Assembly: GCA_016841965.1 (NCBI GenBank) | Contig: JAEANN010000016.1 | Coordinates: forward strand, 39,305-103,304 | From: Candidatus Roseilinea mizusawaensis | GTDB taxonomy: Bacteria > Chloroflexota > Anaerolineae > J036 > Brachytrichaceae | Reading direction: 5' to 3' | Length of the DNA: 64,000 bases | In this document: one piece after another, positions 38,379 through 49,668 of the stretch | Position numbering within the stretch: position 1 is the first letter of the stretch | Layout: each line of letters opens with the position of its first letter | Made by a program: the position numbers and the translations under genes | The notes under the pieces: model-generated | Told to the model about the DNA's origin: nothing | Databases searched by the model: none | The model's input: the letters and a program-made list of their open reading frames with translations, nothing else

Positions 38379-39062
38379 TCACCCTTCGAGGTTGCCGGCG
38401 CCGAACGCAATCTGCACAGCGCTGATGGGCTTGACGAATCTGAGCATATAAGCAAGCCCATTGCCCGCTTGGCCGGTGAGCTTAAAGCCGGCTTCCTCTA
38501 GCCACTTGCGCATTGTTGCCGGCCGAGCATATACGGAGGCGAATATATCTTCGCCGGCGACCAGCACGCCGCCGGGTTTGAGCACCCGCCGCGCCTCGGT
38601 AAGCGCTGCCTTGCGCCGGTTGACCTCTGGCAGCACGGAAATCATCATCACGTAGTCTACGCAGTTGGCCGGGAGCGGGATGCGATGGAGCGGCGCAAGA
38701 AGCGGCACGACGTTTGAAGCGTGCTGAGACTCGACCCGGCGCGCGACCGTATTAATCATGTTGGCTTGCATGTCCAGCGCGTATACGCGGCCGTTCGGGC
38801 CGACCCGCGTGGCGGCTTCCAGCGCGTGGGCGCCGGTTCCGCACCCGGCATCCAAAAGATGCGCGTTGCGATGAACGCCGACGAAATCCACCGTGCGAAC
38901 AGGATCGCGATATATCCGCCGGAATGGGTTGTCCAGCAGCAGAAACGATAGCTGTGGCGGCGTCGGCACGTGGGCAGCTTGCAAAGCCAATCGCATACCC
39001 AAATGAGCGCCGATCAGCGCCCCCAGGCCGAAAACGAATGACTGAGTGGTCCGTCTAAACAT
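38379..39062 (-). CDS. Class I SAM-dependent methyltransferase with N-terminal TM helix
   Basis: Motif [12 protein letters not shown] and LKPGGVLV. Start is ATG 39062; in-frame GTG 39068 is the alternative. Confidence 0.8.
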   Translation of the reverse strand: MFRRTTQSFVFGLGALIGAHLGMRLALQAAHVPTPPQLSFLLLDNPFRRIYRDPVRTVDFVGVHRNAHLLDAGCGTGAHALEAATRVGPNGRVYALDMQANMINTVARRVESQHASNVVPLLAPLHRIPLPANCVDYVMMISVLPEVNRRKAALTEARRVLKPGGVLVAGEDIFASVYARPATMRKWLEEAGFKLTGQAGNGLAYMLRFVKPISAVQIAFGAGNLEG

Positions 39063-39068
39063 GAACAC

Positions 39069-39074
39069 ATTCTA
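39069..39074 (-). promoter_or_regulatory. -10 TAGAAT 6 nt upstream of ATG 39062 (leaderless-type)
   Basis: Minus strand reads TAGAAT-gtgttc-ATG. Confidence 0.5.
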
Positions 39075-39106
39075 ACTAAACCGTGCTCTGGCATTTAGCA
39101 GCACAA

Positions 39107-39136
39107 CCGGGCCTGCCCTCGCGAGAGCAGGCCCGG
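39107..39136 (-). terminator. 10-bp GC hairpin CCGGGCCTGC / GCAGGCCCGG after the TPR gene
   Basis: Arms at 39107-16 and 39127-36. On the minus strand it is followed by TTGTGCTGC. Confidence 0.55.
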
Positions 39137-39163
39137 CTGTTAATGCTGCAGTCTGCCGATGGT

Positions 39164-40861
39164 TCAGCGCCCGCTCGAAGAGATGGACTCACACTGGATC
39201 TGGTAGTCGCGGGCGAGCAAGGCGTAATTCAGCTTGTTGTCCTCGCACCGGGTGTTCTCCGCAGCAATCTGATATTGCGCTGCGGCTGCACAATAGTCAT
39301 TGATCTGATTCTGCACCAACGCAGTCTTGGCAGCGATTAGTGACTTTGTCTCAGTGTCTGGGGCCAGTTTGGCGGCAGATATCAGATTGAACAGGGCGGC
39401 CTCGTAGTTCTCGCGCGCCAGGTGGATGTTACCCATCATGGCGTATGCATACGCAGCCAGCGAAGGAGCCGAGGGGCTGCGTATCTTGCCGGCGCGATAC
39501 TCGTCCAGGAGTTCGCTGATAATGGCCTCGGCTTTATTCAACAGTGCTAGGCTCTCCGCTTGATCATCGGTGAACTCGCGCCGGATGATGTATGCCTGCG
39601 CCTGACCGTAGCGAACCTTATTGTCCAGGATCGTTGCCGAGGGCTTGACACCGGCCGATTGCGCGCTGGCGAAGAACGCTTCAGCCATATCCAGATAGCG
39701 ATGGGCGGCTTGCGCGTCTGCTCCCGACTCATAGAAGGCGCGCAGATTCATCACGTTGCCGAGCCCGAGGTATGCCAGGGCTGCTTGCGGCTCGAAGGTC
39801 AGGGCGGCTTGATAGTGGCTTGTGGCCTGTTCAAGCAGGTCACTGTTCAAGCCATCGCCACAACTGCCTGTCGCGGCTTGCAGGCTTGCGTTGCCGGCAA
39901 ACAGATGGGCCATGGCCATGATCTTGTTGTCTGCTGGCGGGTTCAGCCAAGTGATCTGACTGAAGGTTGCTCTGGCATCGAGGTAGCCAGCATAGGTCTG
40001 TCGACTAAGATAAGCAAGTCCCTGTATTAGCAGGGCCAGGGATGTGGCCCGACTGGTTAACTCGCGCCGGATAGTGGTGCTGGCAACTGTGTCGTTGGGC
40101 TGCAAAATACTACTGGAAAATGCGCCAAGGTCATAGGTGCCTTGATATTCTGGTGCGTCTTGCAGGTAAGTTGGCGCAATGTCGAACTGGGTAATCACGC
40201 TCACTTGCGATTTGTTGCAGAACACGGTCGCGTACAGGGCAATATCTGCCCCCCGGCTTCTGATGAGCTGCTTGGCCTGAGCTGTGTAGGCAGCGTCGGT
40301 GGTTCCGGCCTGGATACCGGTTTGGCTGGGCGACCATACTTTGATGTTCGATGCCGCGCTTTCTCCTGGCTGATTGCCTTCGAGTTGTTTCCGAATGGAT
40401 GCGGTCAGTTCTACAGGTAATTCGGCGGCGAGCGTGCGGCAGGCGGGGTCCTCTGGCGCGGCTGCGCGGAAGGGCAGCACCACCATATCCAGAGCATAGG
40501 GGCTGCCGGCGCTGAATTGTGGCTCGGCAGCGGAGGATTGGTTAAGGCTTGTGATGACTGCAAGCGAGCCCGCGATCACTGCAATGGCAAACACCACCAG
40601 CACCGGGATGACTACCGCAGGCGCCTGCAAGTAAATGTTCCTTGCAGCCACCAGGATGCTATGGTTGGCCGAATGACCGACTACCAGATTCACATCTCCA
40701 CCACCGCTTTCACTGCCTTCGTTGGCTGGTTTGCGCCGGTTGCTCATCCATCCAAATTTCGGAAAGCTTGCCTCCAGCCGCCTCCACCAGCGCGACAGTT
40801 GGTTTTTCGGCTTCGGCTTTTTGCGCCGCGCTCGGCGCTGAAGCGTATGCGGCTCTGTCAT
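39164..40861 (-). CDS. Membrane-anchored TPR-repeat protein with TolB-N-like periplasmic module
   Basis: Basic N-terminus and one TM helix. MVVLPFRAAAPEDP...LAAELPVELT segment, then multiple TPR-like A/L/Y-rich repeats. GC looks lower than its neighbours. Confidence 0.65.
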   Translation of the reverse strand: MTEPHTLQRRARRKKPKPKNQLSRWWRRLEASFPKFGWMSNRRKPANEGSESGGGDVNLVVGHSANHSILVAARNIYLQAPAVVIPVLVVFAIAVIAGSLAVITSLNQSSAAEPQFSAGSPYALDMVVLPFRAAAPEDPACRTLAAELPVELTASIRKQLEGNQPGESAASNIKVWSPSQTGIQAGTTDAAYTAQAKQLIRSRGADIALYATVFCNKSQVSVITQFDIAPTYLQDAPEYQGTYDLGAFSSSILQPNDTVASTTIRRELTSRATSLALLIQGLAYLSRQTYAGYLDARATFSQITWLNPPADNKIMAMAHLFAGNASLQAATGSCGDGLNSDLLEQATSHYQAALTFEPQAALAYLGLGNVMNLRAFYESGADAQAAHRYLDMAEAFFASAQSAGVKPSATILDNKVRYGQAQAYIIRREFTDDQAESLALLNKAEAIISELLDEYRAGKIRSPSAPSLAAYAYAMMGNIHLARENYEAALFNLISAAKLAPDTETKSLIAAKTALVQNQINDYCAAAAQYQIAAENTRCEDNKLNYALLARDYQIQCESISSSGR

Positions 40862-40914
40862 GTTAAATTACCTTAAATTGATGTAAAAAGCTAAACACGA
40901 ATTCTTAAATCCAG

Positions 40915-40943
40915 ATTCTAAGTGGTTTCTAATAATTTTGCAA
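40915..40943 (-). promoter_or_regulatory. Near-consensus promoter TTGCAA-N17-TAGAAT in an AT-rich tract
   Basis: -35 at 40943-40938 and -10 at 40920-40915 (minus strand). About 47-nt leader to ATG 40861. Confidence 0.55.
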
Positions 40944-40964
40944 GTGGAATCTATGTAATATCTC

Positions 40965-40990
40965 GGCGGCAGAACTTTTGTTCTGTCGCC
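40965..40990 (-). terminator. 11-bp hairpin GGCGGCAGAAC-TTTT-GTTCTGTCGCC downstream of cdsA
   Basis: Arms at 40965-75 and 40980-90 with one G-U pair. Lies 41 nt after the cdsA stop. Confidence 0.5.
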
Positions 40991-41030
40991 GGTGGCCGGC
41001 TTGGCGTGCCGTATTCAGAATCCCGTCGGC

Positions 41031-41885
41031 TTACGGGTTTAGCGCGGGATAAACGAGGGTGGCGTAGTAGAACGTGATGGCGCCGGTCCAGAGGAGCGAA
41101 TCAATGCGATCGAAGACGCCGCCATGTCCGGGGATCAAATGCCCCGAGTCTTTGACTTTGGCCTGACGCTTGAACATGGACTCGGCCAGATCGCCGAAAG
41201 GGCCTAGCAAGCCAATTAGCAGGCCGGTTGCCAATAAATGCAAAACGCCCATCGGCGCAAACACCCCTAACAGGATGCCGGCGGCGATGGCAGACACAAT
41301 ACCCCCCATGTAGCCTTCCCAGGTTTTTTTGGGACTGAGGTGGGGGGCAAAGCGATGCTGGCCGAATAGCTTGCCCACCGCATATGCGCCAGTGTCTGCC
41401 GTCCATGTAAGTAGGACAGCCGATAACAGCCACCAGCCATCTGTCAACTGGCGAAGTGCTGCCAGATGCCCACCCATCCAGCCCAGGTATGCGCCGCCGG
41501 CCACGGCAATTGCCCAGTCAGCAACGGGCTTGCCGTCCTGATGTCGCATTTGCCACGACAGAGACAGCAGGATCACCAAGGTCAACAGCGGGGCAATTGG
41601 AAGGCTGGGTAGGCTGACGGCTGCAAATGACAGAATTGTGATTGTGAGTGCGATGCCGAGTGACGGGTTAAACCCGCTCACCCGCATCATGATCACCATC
41701 TCGCGTGTGGCCAGACATATGGCCGCCAGCACCAGGGCGAAAAACCAGTACCCGCCCACAATGCCCACTGCAATTGCCGGCGCGGCGAACAGGATGGCGC
41801 CGATGACGCGCATCCATAGCGAGTCACGAGCGGGCGAGGATTCCACGTGCTGCAACGATACGCCCGTGTTGGCAGAACGCAACAC
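41031..41885 (-). CDS. cdsA: Phosphatidate cytidylyltransferase
   Basis: SMFKRQAKVKDSGHLIPGHGGVFDRIDS signature; multi-TM. GTG start is uncertain. Confidence 0.88.
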   Translation of the reverse strand: MLRSANTGVSLQHVESSPARDSLWMRVIGAILFAAPAIAVGIVGGYWFFALVLAAICLATREMVIMMRVSGFNPSLGIALTITILSFAAVSLPSLPIAPLLTLVILLSLSWQMRHQDGKPVADWAIAVAGGAYLGWMGGHLAALRQLTDGWWLLSAVLLTWTADTGAYAVGKLFGQHRFAPHLSPKKTWEGYMGGIVSAIAAGILLGVFAPMGVLHLLATGLLIGLLGPFGDLAESMFKRQAKVKDSGHLIPGHGGVFDRIDSLLWTGAITFYYATLVYPALNP

Positions 41886-41900
41886 GACGCGCAGTTCTAC

Positions 41901-42722
41901 TTATGATGAGCCGACCCCCCCGAAGCGTCGCTCGCGGCGCGCATAGTGATCGATAGCTTTCTTGAGCTCGTTTTCGTCGAAATCGGGCCAGTACGTGTCG
42001 GTGACGTAATACTCGGAGTAAGCGCTCTGCCAGATTAAGAAGTTGCTGGTGCGGTACTCGCCGCTGGTGCGTATGATCAGATCTGGGTCTGGCAGGCCGC
42101 ATGTGTACAGGTAGCGCCCGATCGTCTGCTCGTCGATGTACTCTGGGTGCAACCCTTCGGCCAACATTGCTTTAACAGCATCGACGATTTCTGCGCGCCC
42201 GCCATAGTTGAGCGCAATGTTCACAATCAGGCGATCGTTGTGCCGGGTGCGTTCTACGGCGGTCTGAATTTTGTGTTGGAGTGTGGGCGGGATGCGGTCG
42301 AGGCGACCGATATGCCGAATCTGAACCCCGTTCTTGTCTAGCTCTGACAGTTCCCGGTCAATGACAATCTCAAGCAGCCTCATCAGGCTGTTGACTTCGT
42401 CCACCGGTCTGTTCCAGTTCTCGGTCGAGAAAGCGTATAGGGTAAGGATTTTGATGTTGTTGCGGACGCACGCTTCCAGGATGCGGCGCAGGTTGTCGGT
42501 GCCGGCTCTGTGACCGGCAACTCGCGGCAGATTCCGCTTGCGGGCCCAGCGTCCGTTGCCATCCATAATAATGGCGACGTGATGTGGCGTGTGGGCATTA
42601 GCTGCTGCAACCGGTGCCGATGACGCTGTTGACACACGGTTTCGCGTTGCCAGATTGTCGAGCGTCGCAAGTGGAATAGCCATATGTTTTGTCATCATCC
42701 TGTCACGGCCGTGCGGAGTCAT
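41901..42722 (-). CDS. uppS: Undecaprenyl-diphosphate synthase (cis-isoprenyl transferase)
   Basis: [20 protein letters not shown] and [20 protein letters not shown]. Start uncertain (42722, 42698 or 42683). Confidence 0.9.
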   Translation of the reverse strand: MTPHGRDRMMTKHMAIPLATLDNLATRNRVSTASSAPVAAANAHTPHHVAIIMDGNGRWARKRNLPRVAGHRAGTDNLRRILEACVRNNIKILTLYAFSTENWNRPVDEVNSLMRLLEIVIDRELSELDKNGVQIRHIGRLDRIPPTLQHKIQTAVERTRHNDRLIVNIALNYGGRAEIVDAVKAMLAEGLHPEYIDEQTIGRYLYTCGLPDPDLIIRTSGEYRTSNFLIWQSAYSEYYVTDTYWPDFDENELKKAIDHYARRERRFGGVGSS

Positions 42723-42747
42723 GTCTGACTGTGCACGGCCATGACGC

Positions 42748-43314
42748 TTACATTTCCAGGATCTCGTTCTCCTTGCGCTTCCCGGCCTCATCAGCTTTGA
42801 CCATGAACTTGTGAACTAGGTTCTCGATCTCTTTCTGCGCGCGCTTATGCTCATCCTCAGAGATCGTGCCATCATCCTCAAGTTTCTTCAGATGTTCTAT
42901 GGCTTTGCGGCGATGCATGCGCAGGCCGGCTTTAGCTTCTTCCACACGCCGGCTCACCAGTTTTGCCAATTCTTTCCGGCGTTCCTGGGTCAACGGCGGA
43001 ATGTTCAACCGCAGCACCTTCCCATCGTTCTGAGGGGTCAACTTCAGTTCAGATGCCAGGATTGCTTTTTCGATTGCCTTCAACGTGGTTGGATCATAAG
43101 GGCGTATCATGATTACCTGCGCTTCAGGCACAGACACAGAGGCCAGTTGTTGCAATGACACGGGCGAGCCGTGATACTCTACCATAACACGATCCAGCAG
43201 ATGGGTGGATGCCCGACCGGTGCGGATAGATTGGAAGTCGACTTCCATCGCATCGATCGATCTCTGCATTGCCTTCTCGCAATCGGAATGCACTTGTTTT
43301 ATTGAGTCAACCAC
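42748..43314 (-). CDS. frr: Ribosome recycling factor
   Basis: [10 protein letters not shown]...[23 protein letters not shown]-type sequence. GTG 43314 lies 6 nt after a GGGAGGG RBS. Confidence 0.92.
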   Translation of the reverse strand: MVDSIKQVHSDCEKAMQRSIDAMEVDFQSIRTGRASTHLLDRVMVEYHGSPVSLQQLASVSVPEAQVIMIRPYDPTTLKAIEKAILASELKLTPQNDGKVLRLNIPPLTQERRKELAKLVSRRVEEAKAGLRMHRRKAIEHLKKLEDDGTISEDEHKRAQKEIENLVHKFMVKADEAGKRKENEILEM

Positions 43315-43431
43315 TGGATACCCTCCCAGATCGTAGACTTGCTTACCTGCCTGCTTCCGCAGACAGGCTGTCAAATTCTATCATGGTAGTTTTGGACACT
43401 CGCTTATGAAAGACTGAGCGCCTGATCATCA

Positions 43432-44815
<1,384 letters not shown>

Positions 44816-44822
44816 GATGCTC

Positions 44823-45668
44823 TCAAAATTCATCCTCATCGGCTGTGCCGGGATCAAACGAGCGCAATACGGTTTCTTCTTCGATCTTCAGGTCGCCGGC
44901 CCGGATCTTGGACAGTGTTTCCTCACCGATCTGCCGTGCGCCCACATCCTGGCCTTCGGCGATCTCGGTTGTGTCGTTGCCTTTGCGCAATTCCAGCCCT
45001 TCGAGCGCCGCATTCGCCATGGCCTCGACGATCAGCTTAATCGCGCGGATGGCATCGTCGTTGGACGGAATCACATAGTCCACGCCATCTGGGTCACAGT
45101 TCGTGTCGACCATGGCAATAACCGGGATGTCCAGTTTATTCGCTTCCCGAATGGCATTTGCTTCCCGGCTGACATCGACGATGAACAGTGCATCGGGCAG
45201 ACGCCGCAGGGTCTTCATGCCACCCAGGCGATGGTTCAGTCTGGCGATTTCCCGGTCGCGCAGGAGCGCCTCTTTTTTGGTGAACCGCTCGAATTCACCG
45301 CGCTCTTTCATGGCTTCCAGTTCGGCTAGCCGATCCAGCCGCGATTTGATCGTTCGCCAGTTGGTGAGTGTGCCGCCCAGGAATCGCTCGATGACATAGG
45401 GCTGGCCGGCGCGTGTGGCCTGCGTCATGATTGGCTCCTGCGCCTGGCGTTTGGTGCCGATAAACAGCACCACCCCACCGCCGGCCACCAGATCGCGGAT
45501 CATGGCATAGGCGTTGTCAATGGCTACGATGGTCTGTTGCAAGTCGATGATGTGAACGCCGTTTCGCTCGGTGAAGATATACGGCTTCATCTTGGGGTTC
45601 CATCGCTTGGTGCGATGGCCGAAGTGCACGCCTGTTTCGAGGAGCGCCTTCATCGGAACTACGGGCAT
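44823..45668 (-). CDS. rpsB: 30S ribosomal protein S2 with acidic C-terminal extension
   Basis: [17 protein letters not shown] and [15 protein letters not shown] before ATG 45668. Confidence 0.95.
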   Translation of the reverse strand: MPVVPMKALLETGVHFGHRTKRWNPKMKPYIFTERNGVHIIDLQQTIVAIDNAYAMIRDLVAGGGVVLFIGTKRQAQEPIMTQATRAGQPYVIERFLGGTLTNWRTIKSRLDRLAELEAMKERGEFERFTKKEALLRDREIARLNHRLGGMKTLRRLPDALFIVDVSREANAIREANKLDIPVIAMVDTNCDPDGVDYVIPSNDDAIRAIKLIVEAMANAALEGLELRKGNDTTEIAEGQDVGARQIGEETLSKIRAGDLKIEEETVLRSFDPGTADEDEF

Positions 45669-45911
45669 ATTCTGTTTCTCCTTTTTGCGGACAGATTTTT
45701 TGGCTGTCCCCACTGCGTCCGTCTTCTGAGCGTCAGATCACACTTGTTGTGTGACAGGCCTGCCGTCATCCGGGCGCATGCGAGATGTAAATTTCGGCCC
45801 AAAGGCCGGCGAGATTCTACCACACCGACTCGCGCACTTCGGATGTGATGACTGAAACATCTGACATCAGGCGCTTGCGCAGTGCGTGGCGTATGCCGCC
45901 CGTCTCTGTGT

Positions 45912-45917
45912 TAGAGT
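45912..45917 (+). promoter_or_regulatory. -10-like TAGAGT 6 nt upstream of ATG 45924 (leaderless-type)
   Basis: Plus strand reads TAGAGT-tgccgc-ATG. Confidence 0.4.
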
Positions 45918-45923
45918 TGCCGC

Positions 45924-46847
45924 ATGTTCAACTCGATTGCAGATGTGACGTCTGGGTTGTTGGGGCAGCAGTACATCGCCTCGGACGAGATCGCCACCGT
46001 GGTCTATCTGGCTGAAAAAATGGGCAAGCCGATTTTGGCCGAGGGGCCGGCCGGCGTGGGTAAGACCGAGTTATCGAAGGCATGGGCCGGCGCGACCGGC
46101 CGCGAACTCATCCGCCTGCAATGCTATGAAGGGTTGGATGAGTCCAAGGCGCTCTATGAGTGGGAGTATGCCAAGCAGATGCTCTATACGCAGTTGTTGC
46201 GTGATAAGCTGAGTCAGATCGTCGGCGAGGCTCAGACGCTCGGCCAGGCCGCTGATCGGCTGGCCGGCGAAGAGAATGTCTTCTTCTCCATGCGCTTCTT
46301 GCTCCCGCGCCCACTCTTGCGCGCCATCATGAGCGACAAACCGGTCGTCCTCTTGATCGACGAAATTGACCGCGCCGACGCCGAGTTCGAGGCTTTCCTG
46401 CTCGAAATTCTGAGCGACTTTCAGGTCAGTGTGCCCGAGCTGGGCACGCTCAAAGCGCGCACCCAGCCCATGGTAGTCCTGACCAGCAACAACACCCGCG
46501 AGCTGAGCGAGGCGCTCAAGCGGCGCGCCCTCTACCTGTTCATCGACTACCCCTCGCTCGAATCAGAGCTGAATATTGTTCGCATGCGTGTGCCCGACTT
46601 GTCGCCCAGTGTGGCCAAACAGTGTGTGGAAATCGTGCAGCGCCTACGCGGCCTTGACCTCAAGAAGTCGCCCAGTGTGGCCGAGACAGTGGATTGGGCC
46701 AAAGCCCTGGTTGCTATCAACGCCCGACATCTCGACGACAAGACGCTCAACGACACGTTGACTGTGATTTTGAAGCACGAATCGGACATTCAACGCGCGC
46801 GGCGGGTCCTCAGCGCCGGCAAGGCCCGCGATGTGGGAGTGCGTTAG
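45924..46847 (+). CDS. MoxR-class AAA+ ATPase (AAA_5, CoxD-like)
   Basis: Walker A GPAGVGKT and Walker B VLLIDEIDRAD; about 300 aa. Confidence 0.85.
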   Translation: MFNSIADVTSGLLGQQYIASDEIATVVYLAEKMGKPILAEGPAGVGKTELSKAWAGATGRELIRLQCYEGLDESKALYEWEYAKQMLYTQLLRDKLSQIVGEAQTLGQAADRLAGEENVFFSMRFLLPRPLLRAIMSDKPVVLLIDEIDRADAEFEAFLLEILSDFQVSVPELGTLKARTQPMVVLTSNNTRELSEALKRRALYLFIDYPSLESELNIVRMRVPDLSPSVAKQCVEIVQRLRGLDLKKSPSVAETVDWAKALVAINARHLDDKTLNDTLTVILKHESDIQRARRVLSAGKARDVGVR

Positions 46848-46927
46848 TCGACCGTCGTCAGATACCAGATACGCGCGCGTAATTTGCGCGCACCGGGCTG
46901 CTTGGGGCTTGTGCGGGAGTGATCGAT

Positions 46928-48319
46928 ATGGATGAACGGGTTGTGGAGTTTGTGTCGGCGTTGCGTTCAAATGGTGTGCGCGTGTCGCTGGCCGAGTCGG
47001 TGGATTCGCTCAAAGCTGTCGAGGTGATCGGCGTCCTTGACCGTGACCGGTTCAAGAACGCGCTCAAGGCGACGCTGATCAAGGAGCCGGCTGATGTGCC
47101 GGTCTTTGAGCAGATTTTCCCTCTCTACTTTGGCAGCGGTGGGCCAGAGATGCAGCAACCACAAGGCCTCACCAAAGAACAACAGGAAATGCTGGAGCGC
47201 GCGCTAGACGAATTGCGTCAGCAAATCCAGGAGCTGATGCGCATGTTGGCCCAGGGTCAGCGTCTGTCGGACGAGCAACTGCGCGAGGCGGCCCGCAAAT
47301 CCGGCGTTACCCGGCAGATGCGCGGCATGAACCAGCAAGTCCGCGAGTGGCTCACCGAACGCATGTTACGCCAGCTTGGCCTGACACCTGAACAACTGCG
47401 CGACGCCCTCGAATCCTTGATGAAGCAGCTCAAAATGCAGGGCATGGATCGCGAGGGCCGCCAGGAAGTGAGCGAAACCATTCAGCAGAACGCCGATGCC
47501 ATGCGCGAGCAAGTATCGCGCTTTGTCGGCCAAAACATGCTCAACCAGCCCAGCGACAACCCGCGCCGCCGTCGCATCGACGAGCTGATGAATCGCCCGC
47601 TGTCGTCGCTTAGCGACGCCGAGGCGGAAGAGCTGCGCAACCATGTGCGCCGGCTGGTCGCCCAACTGCGCGCTCGGGCGGCCCTACGCATGCGTCGGGC
47701 AAACCAGGGCAATCTGGACGCCAAATCTACCATCCGGCACAATCAGCGCTATGGCGGCGTTCCTATCGAAATCAAACTGCGCCGGCATCATCTCAAACCC
47801 AAGCTCACCGTCATTGTCGATGTGTCTACGTCTATGCGTCCGGTTGCCGAGTTCCTGCTTCAAATGGTCTACGAGATGCAGGATCAGGTCAGCAAGGCGC
47901 GCTCGTTTGCTTTCATCGATGACATTCACGACATCAGCCAGCCTTTCAATGAGCATCGGCCCGAAGATGCCGTGCCCCTGGTGCTGCATAGCATTCCCCC
48001 CGGCCATTACAACACCGACCTGGGCAACAGTCTGGTGACTTTCAGCAGGGAATTTCTCGACACAGTCGATCGCCGCACCACGCTGATCTTTGTGGGAGAT
48101 GGACGCAACAATTACAACGATCCGCGCGCCGATCTGGTGCAGATGCTGAAAATGCGCGCCCGGCGTGTTGTCTGGATGAATCCCGAACCGCCGTATATGT
48201 GGGGCCAGGGCGACAGCGATATGCTGGCGTATGCGCCGCTATGTGATGCGGTGCACCAGGTCGCCACGCTTCAGCAGTTGGCCGATGCCATCGACGACCT
48301 TTTCCAGCATCGGGTCTGA
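46928..48319 (+). CDS. VWA-domain protein (CoxE-like) with central Gln/Arg/Glu-rich coiled region
   Basis: C-terminal VWA domain with MIDAS-like VIVDVSTSM. GGGAG RBS before ATG 46928. Confidence 0.8.
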   Translation: MDERVVEFVSALRSNGVRVSLAESVDSLKAVEVIGVLDRDRFKNALKATLIKEPADVPVFEQIFPLYFGSGGPEMQQPQGLTKEQQEMLERALDELRQQIQELMRMLAQGQRLSDEQLREAARKSGVTRQMRGMNQQVREWLTERMLRQLGLTPEQLRDALESLMKQLKMQGMDREGRQEVSETIQQNADAMREQVSRFVGQNMLNQPSDNPRRRRIDELMNRPLSSLSDAEAEELRNHVRRLVAQLRARAALRMRRANQGNLDAKSTIRHNQRYGGVPIEIKLRRHHLKPKLTVIVDVSTSMRPVAEFLLQMVYEMQDQVSKARSFAFIDDIHDISQPFNEHRPEDAVPLVLHSIPPGHYNTDLGNSLVTFSREFLDTVDRRTTLIFVGDGRNNYNDPRADLVQMLKMRARRVVWMNPEPPYMWGQGDSDMLAYAPLCDAVHQVATLQQLADAIDDLFQHRV

Positions 48320-48325
48320 GCCGCA

Positions 48326-48856
48326 ATGCTGCGCCAAAGCACCAATCACGCGCCAGAGGGCGGCGCACATACTCAAATTGTGGCAGCCCAAACCGGGTTG
48401 ATGGTCGGCCCGCTGATTGGGCTGGCGCTGCTGGCGCAACAGCTTTCGCTCAGCGTGGAGCAGTGGTGCGCCGGCCTGCTGCTTGCAGGTGTAGGGTTGT
48501 GCTATGCCGGCGTGGTCGCAGGGCGTCGATCCGCCGGGGCCGGCCGGCTTCAGGCTGGCCAGGCCGGGGCGATTGCCGGCTTGCTGGCCGGCCTGATTGC
48601 CGCTTTGCCGGTCACTGCGCTGCTGTTGCTGTTGGCGCTCAACGGTCAGGCGGCGCTGTATATCGGGCAAGCTCTCGATCAACTCGAAGCAAGCGGCATC
48701 TTGAACGCCTTACACAGCGCCGGCTGGAGCAGCCCTGCGCTGGCGCGCCTCGGCGTTGTTGTTCAATTGCTTTGCTATGGTGCTGGGTTGCCCGTGGCCG
48801 GTTTGTTGATCGGAGCTGCAGCCGCCCCGCTGGCTTTGCGCACCGCGCGCGCCTGA
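48326..48856 (+). CDS. Hypothetical Ala/Gly/Leu-rich polytopic membrane protein
   Basis: ORF begins 7 nt after the VWA stop. About 4 hydrophobic helices. No recognisable family. Confidence 0.45.
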   Translation: MLRQSTNHAPEGGAHTQIVAAQTGLMVGPLIGLALLAQQLSLSVEQWCAGLLLAGVGLCYAGVVAGRRSAGAGRLQAGQAGAIAGLLAGLIAALPVTALLLLLALNGQAALYIGQALDQLEASGILNALHSAGWSSPALARLGVVVQLLCYGAGLPVAGLLIGAAAAPLALRTARA

Positions 48857-48891
48857 TCGGCGTTGCCTGTTCCCTCAAAGATTGCCTTGGG

Positions 48892-49668
48892 CTATTGTCT
48901 GTATAGTCCAGCCGGATCGAGTTCCTGGCGGATGCAGCGCAGCTCTGCATCGGTGGGCGGCGCGGTAACGGTTAGCGTTTGCGCCAGCTTGACTGGCCAT
49001 CCGATGTTGTCGAGCACATCTTCAAGCGCGACGCCCGGATGCAACGAAAACAGGCGCATCTCACGATCGGGCGTGTTGAAGTCGAACAGCGCCTTGTCCG
49101 TAATCACCAGGCGTGGTCCGCCCCCTGGCATACTCAGGCGTTCTCGCGCGTCGCCGCCGGCCAGAAAGCCGGGGCTGGTGACAAAATCGAGCTGCTGCAC
49201 AAAAGCGCGCCGGCTGAGTCGCATGATGTAGAACAACTTTTGGGCGTGAATGGCGATCTCGCACGCGCCCCCGCTGCCCGGCAGGCGCACCTTCGGCTTT
49301 GCATAGGCCGATATGACTGTGGTGTTCAGGTTGCCAAATCGGTCAATCTGCGCCCCGCCTAGAAAGCCAACCTCCACCCGCCCCCCTTGCAGATAAAAGC
49401 TGAACAGGTCGGCTTGCGACATGGCCGAGAGCGAGCCACTGACCAGCGCGGGGTCGCCGATCGAAAGCGGCAGTCGGGTGGGGCGCGCGCCATACACGCC
49501 GGCTTCGTAGATCAGCTCCAGGTGTGGCGCAACGGTGCGCTGCGCCAGGTTGCAGGCGATGTTGGGCAGCCCGACGCCCACGAACACCGTGCGCGCGCCG
49601 GCCAGCGCCCGCGCGGCGGCAACGATCATCATTTCGGATGCAGCAAACGGAACGGGCTGCGTGTTCAT
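48892..49668 (-). CDS. Family I CoA-transferase subunit B (glutaconate/3-oxoacid CoA-transferase-like)
   Basis: Start ATG 49668 overlaps the subunit A stop (ATGA). MMIVAAARAL..VFVGVGLPN.. beta-subunit pattern. Confidence 0.8.
   Translation of the reverse strand: MNTQPVPFAASEMMIVAAARALAGARTVFVGVGLPNIACNLAQRTVAPHLELIYEAGVYGARPTRLPLSIGDPALVSGSLSAMSQADLFSFYLQGGRVEVGFLGGAQIDRFGNLNTTVISAYAKPKVRLPGSGGACEIAIHAQKLFYIMRLSRRAFVQQLDFVTSPGFLAGGDARERLSMPGGGPRLVITDKALFDFNTPDREMRLFSLHPGVALEDVLDNIGWPVKLAQTLTVTAPPTDAELRCIRQELDPAGLYRQ

Noticed and set aside
40971-40984. Second GAAC-N4-GTTC (AGAACTTTTGTTCT), considered as a LexA box.
   Set aside because: It forms the core of an 11-bp terminator-like hairpin just downstream of cdsA. 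Its N4 (TTTT) does not fit RNRY. It is not positioned over a promoter.
45924-48319. MoxR-VWA pair as an NTPase-based conflict/defence system.
   Set aside because: The ATPase and VWA look like the CoxD/CoxE chaperone type. No effector, protease, nuclease or other associated domains are present, and the flanks are housekeeping genes.
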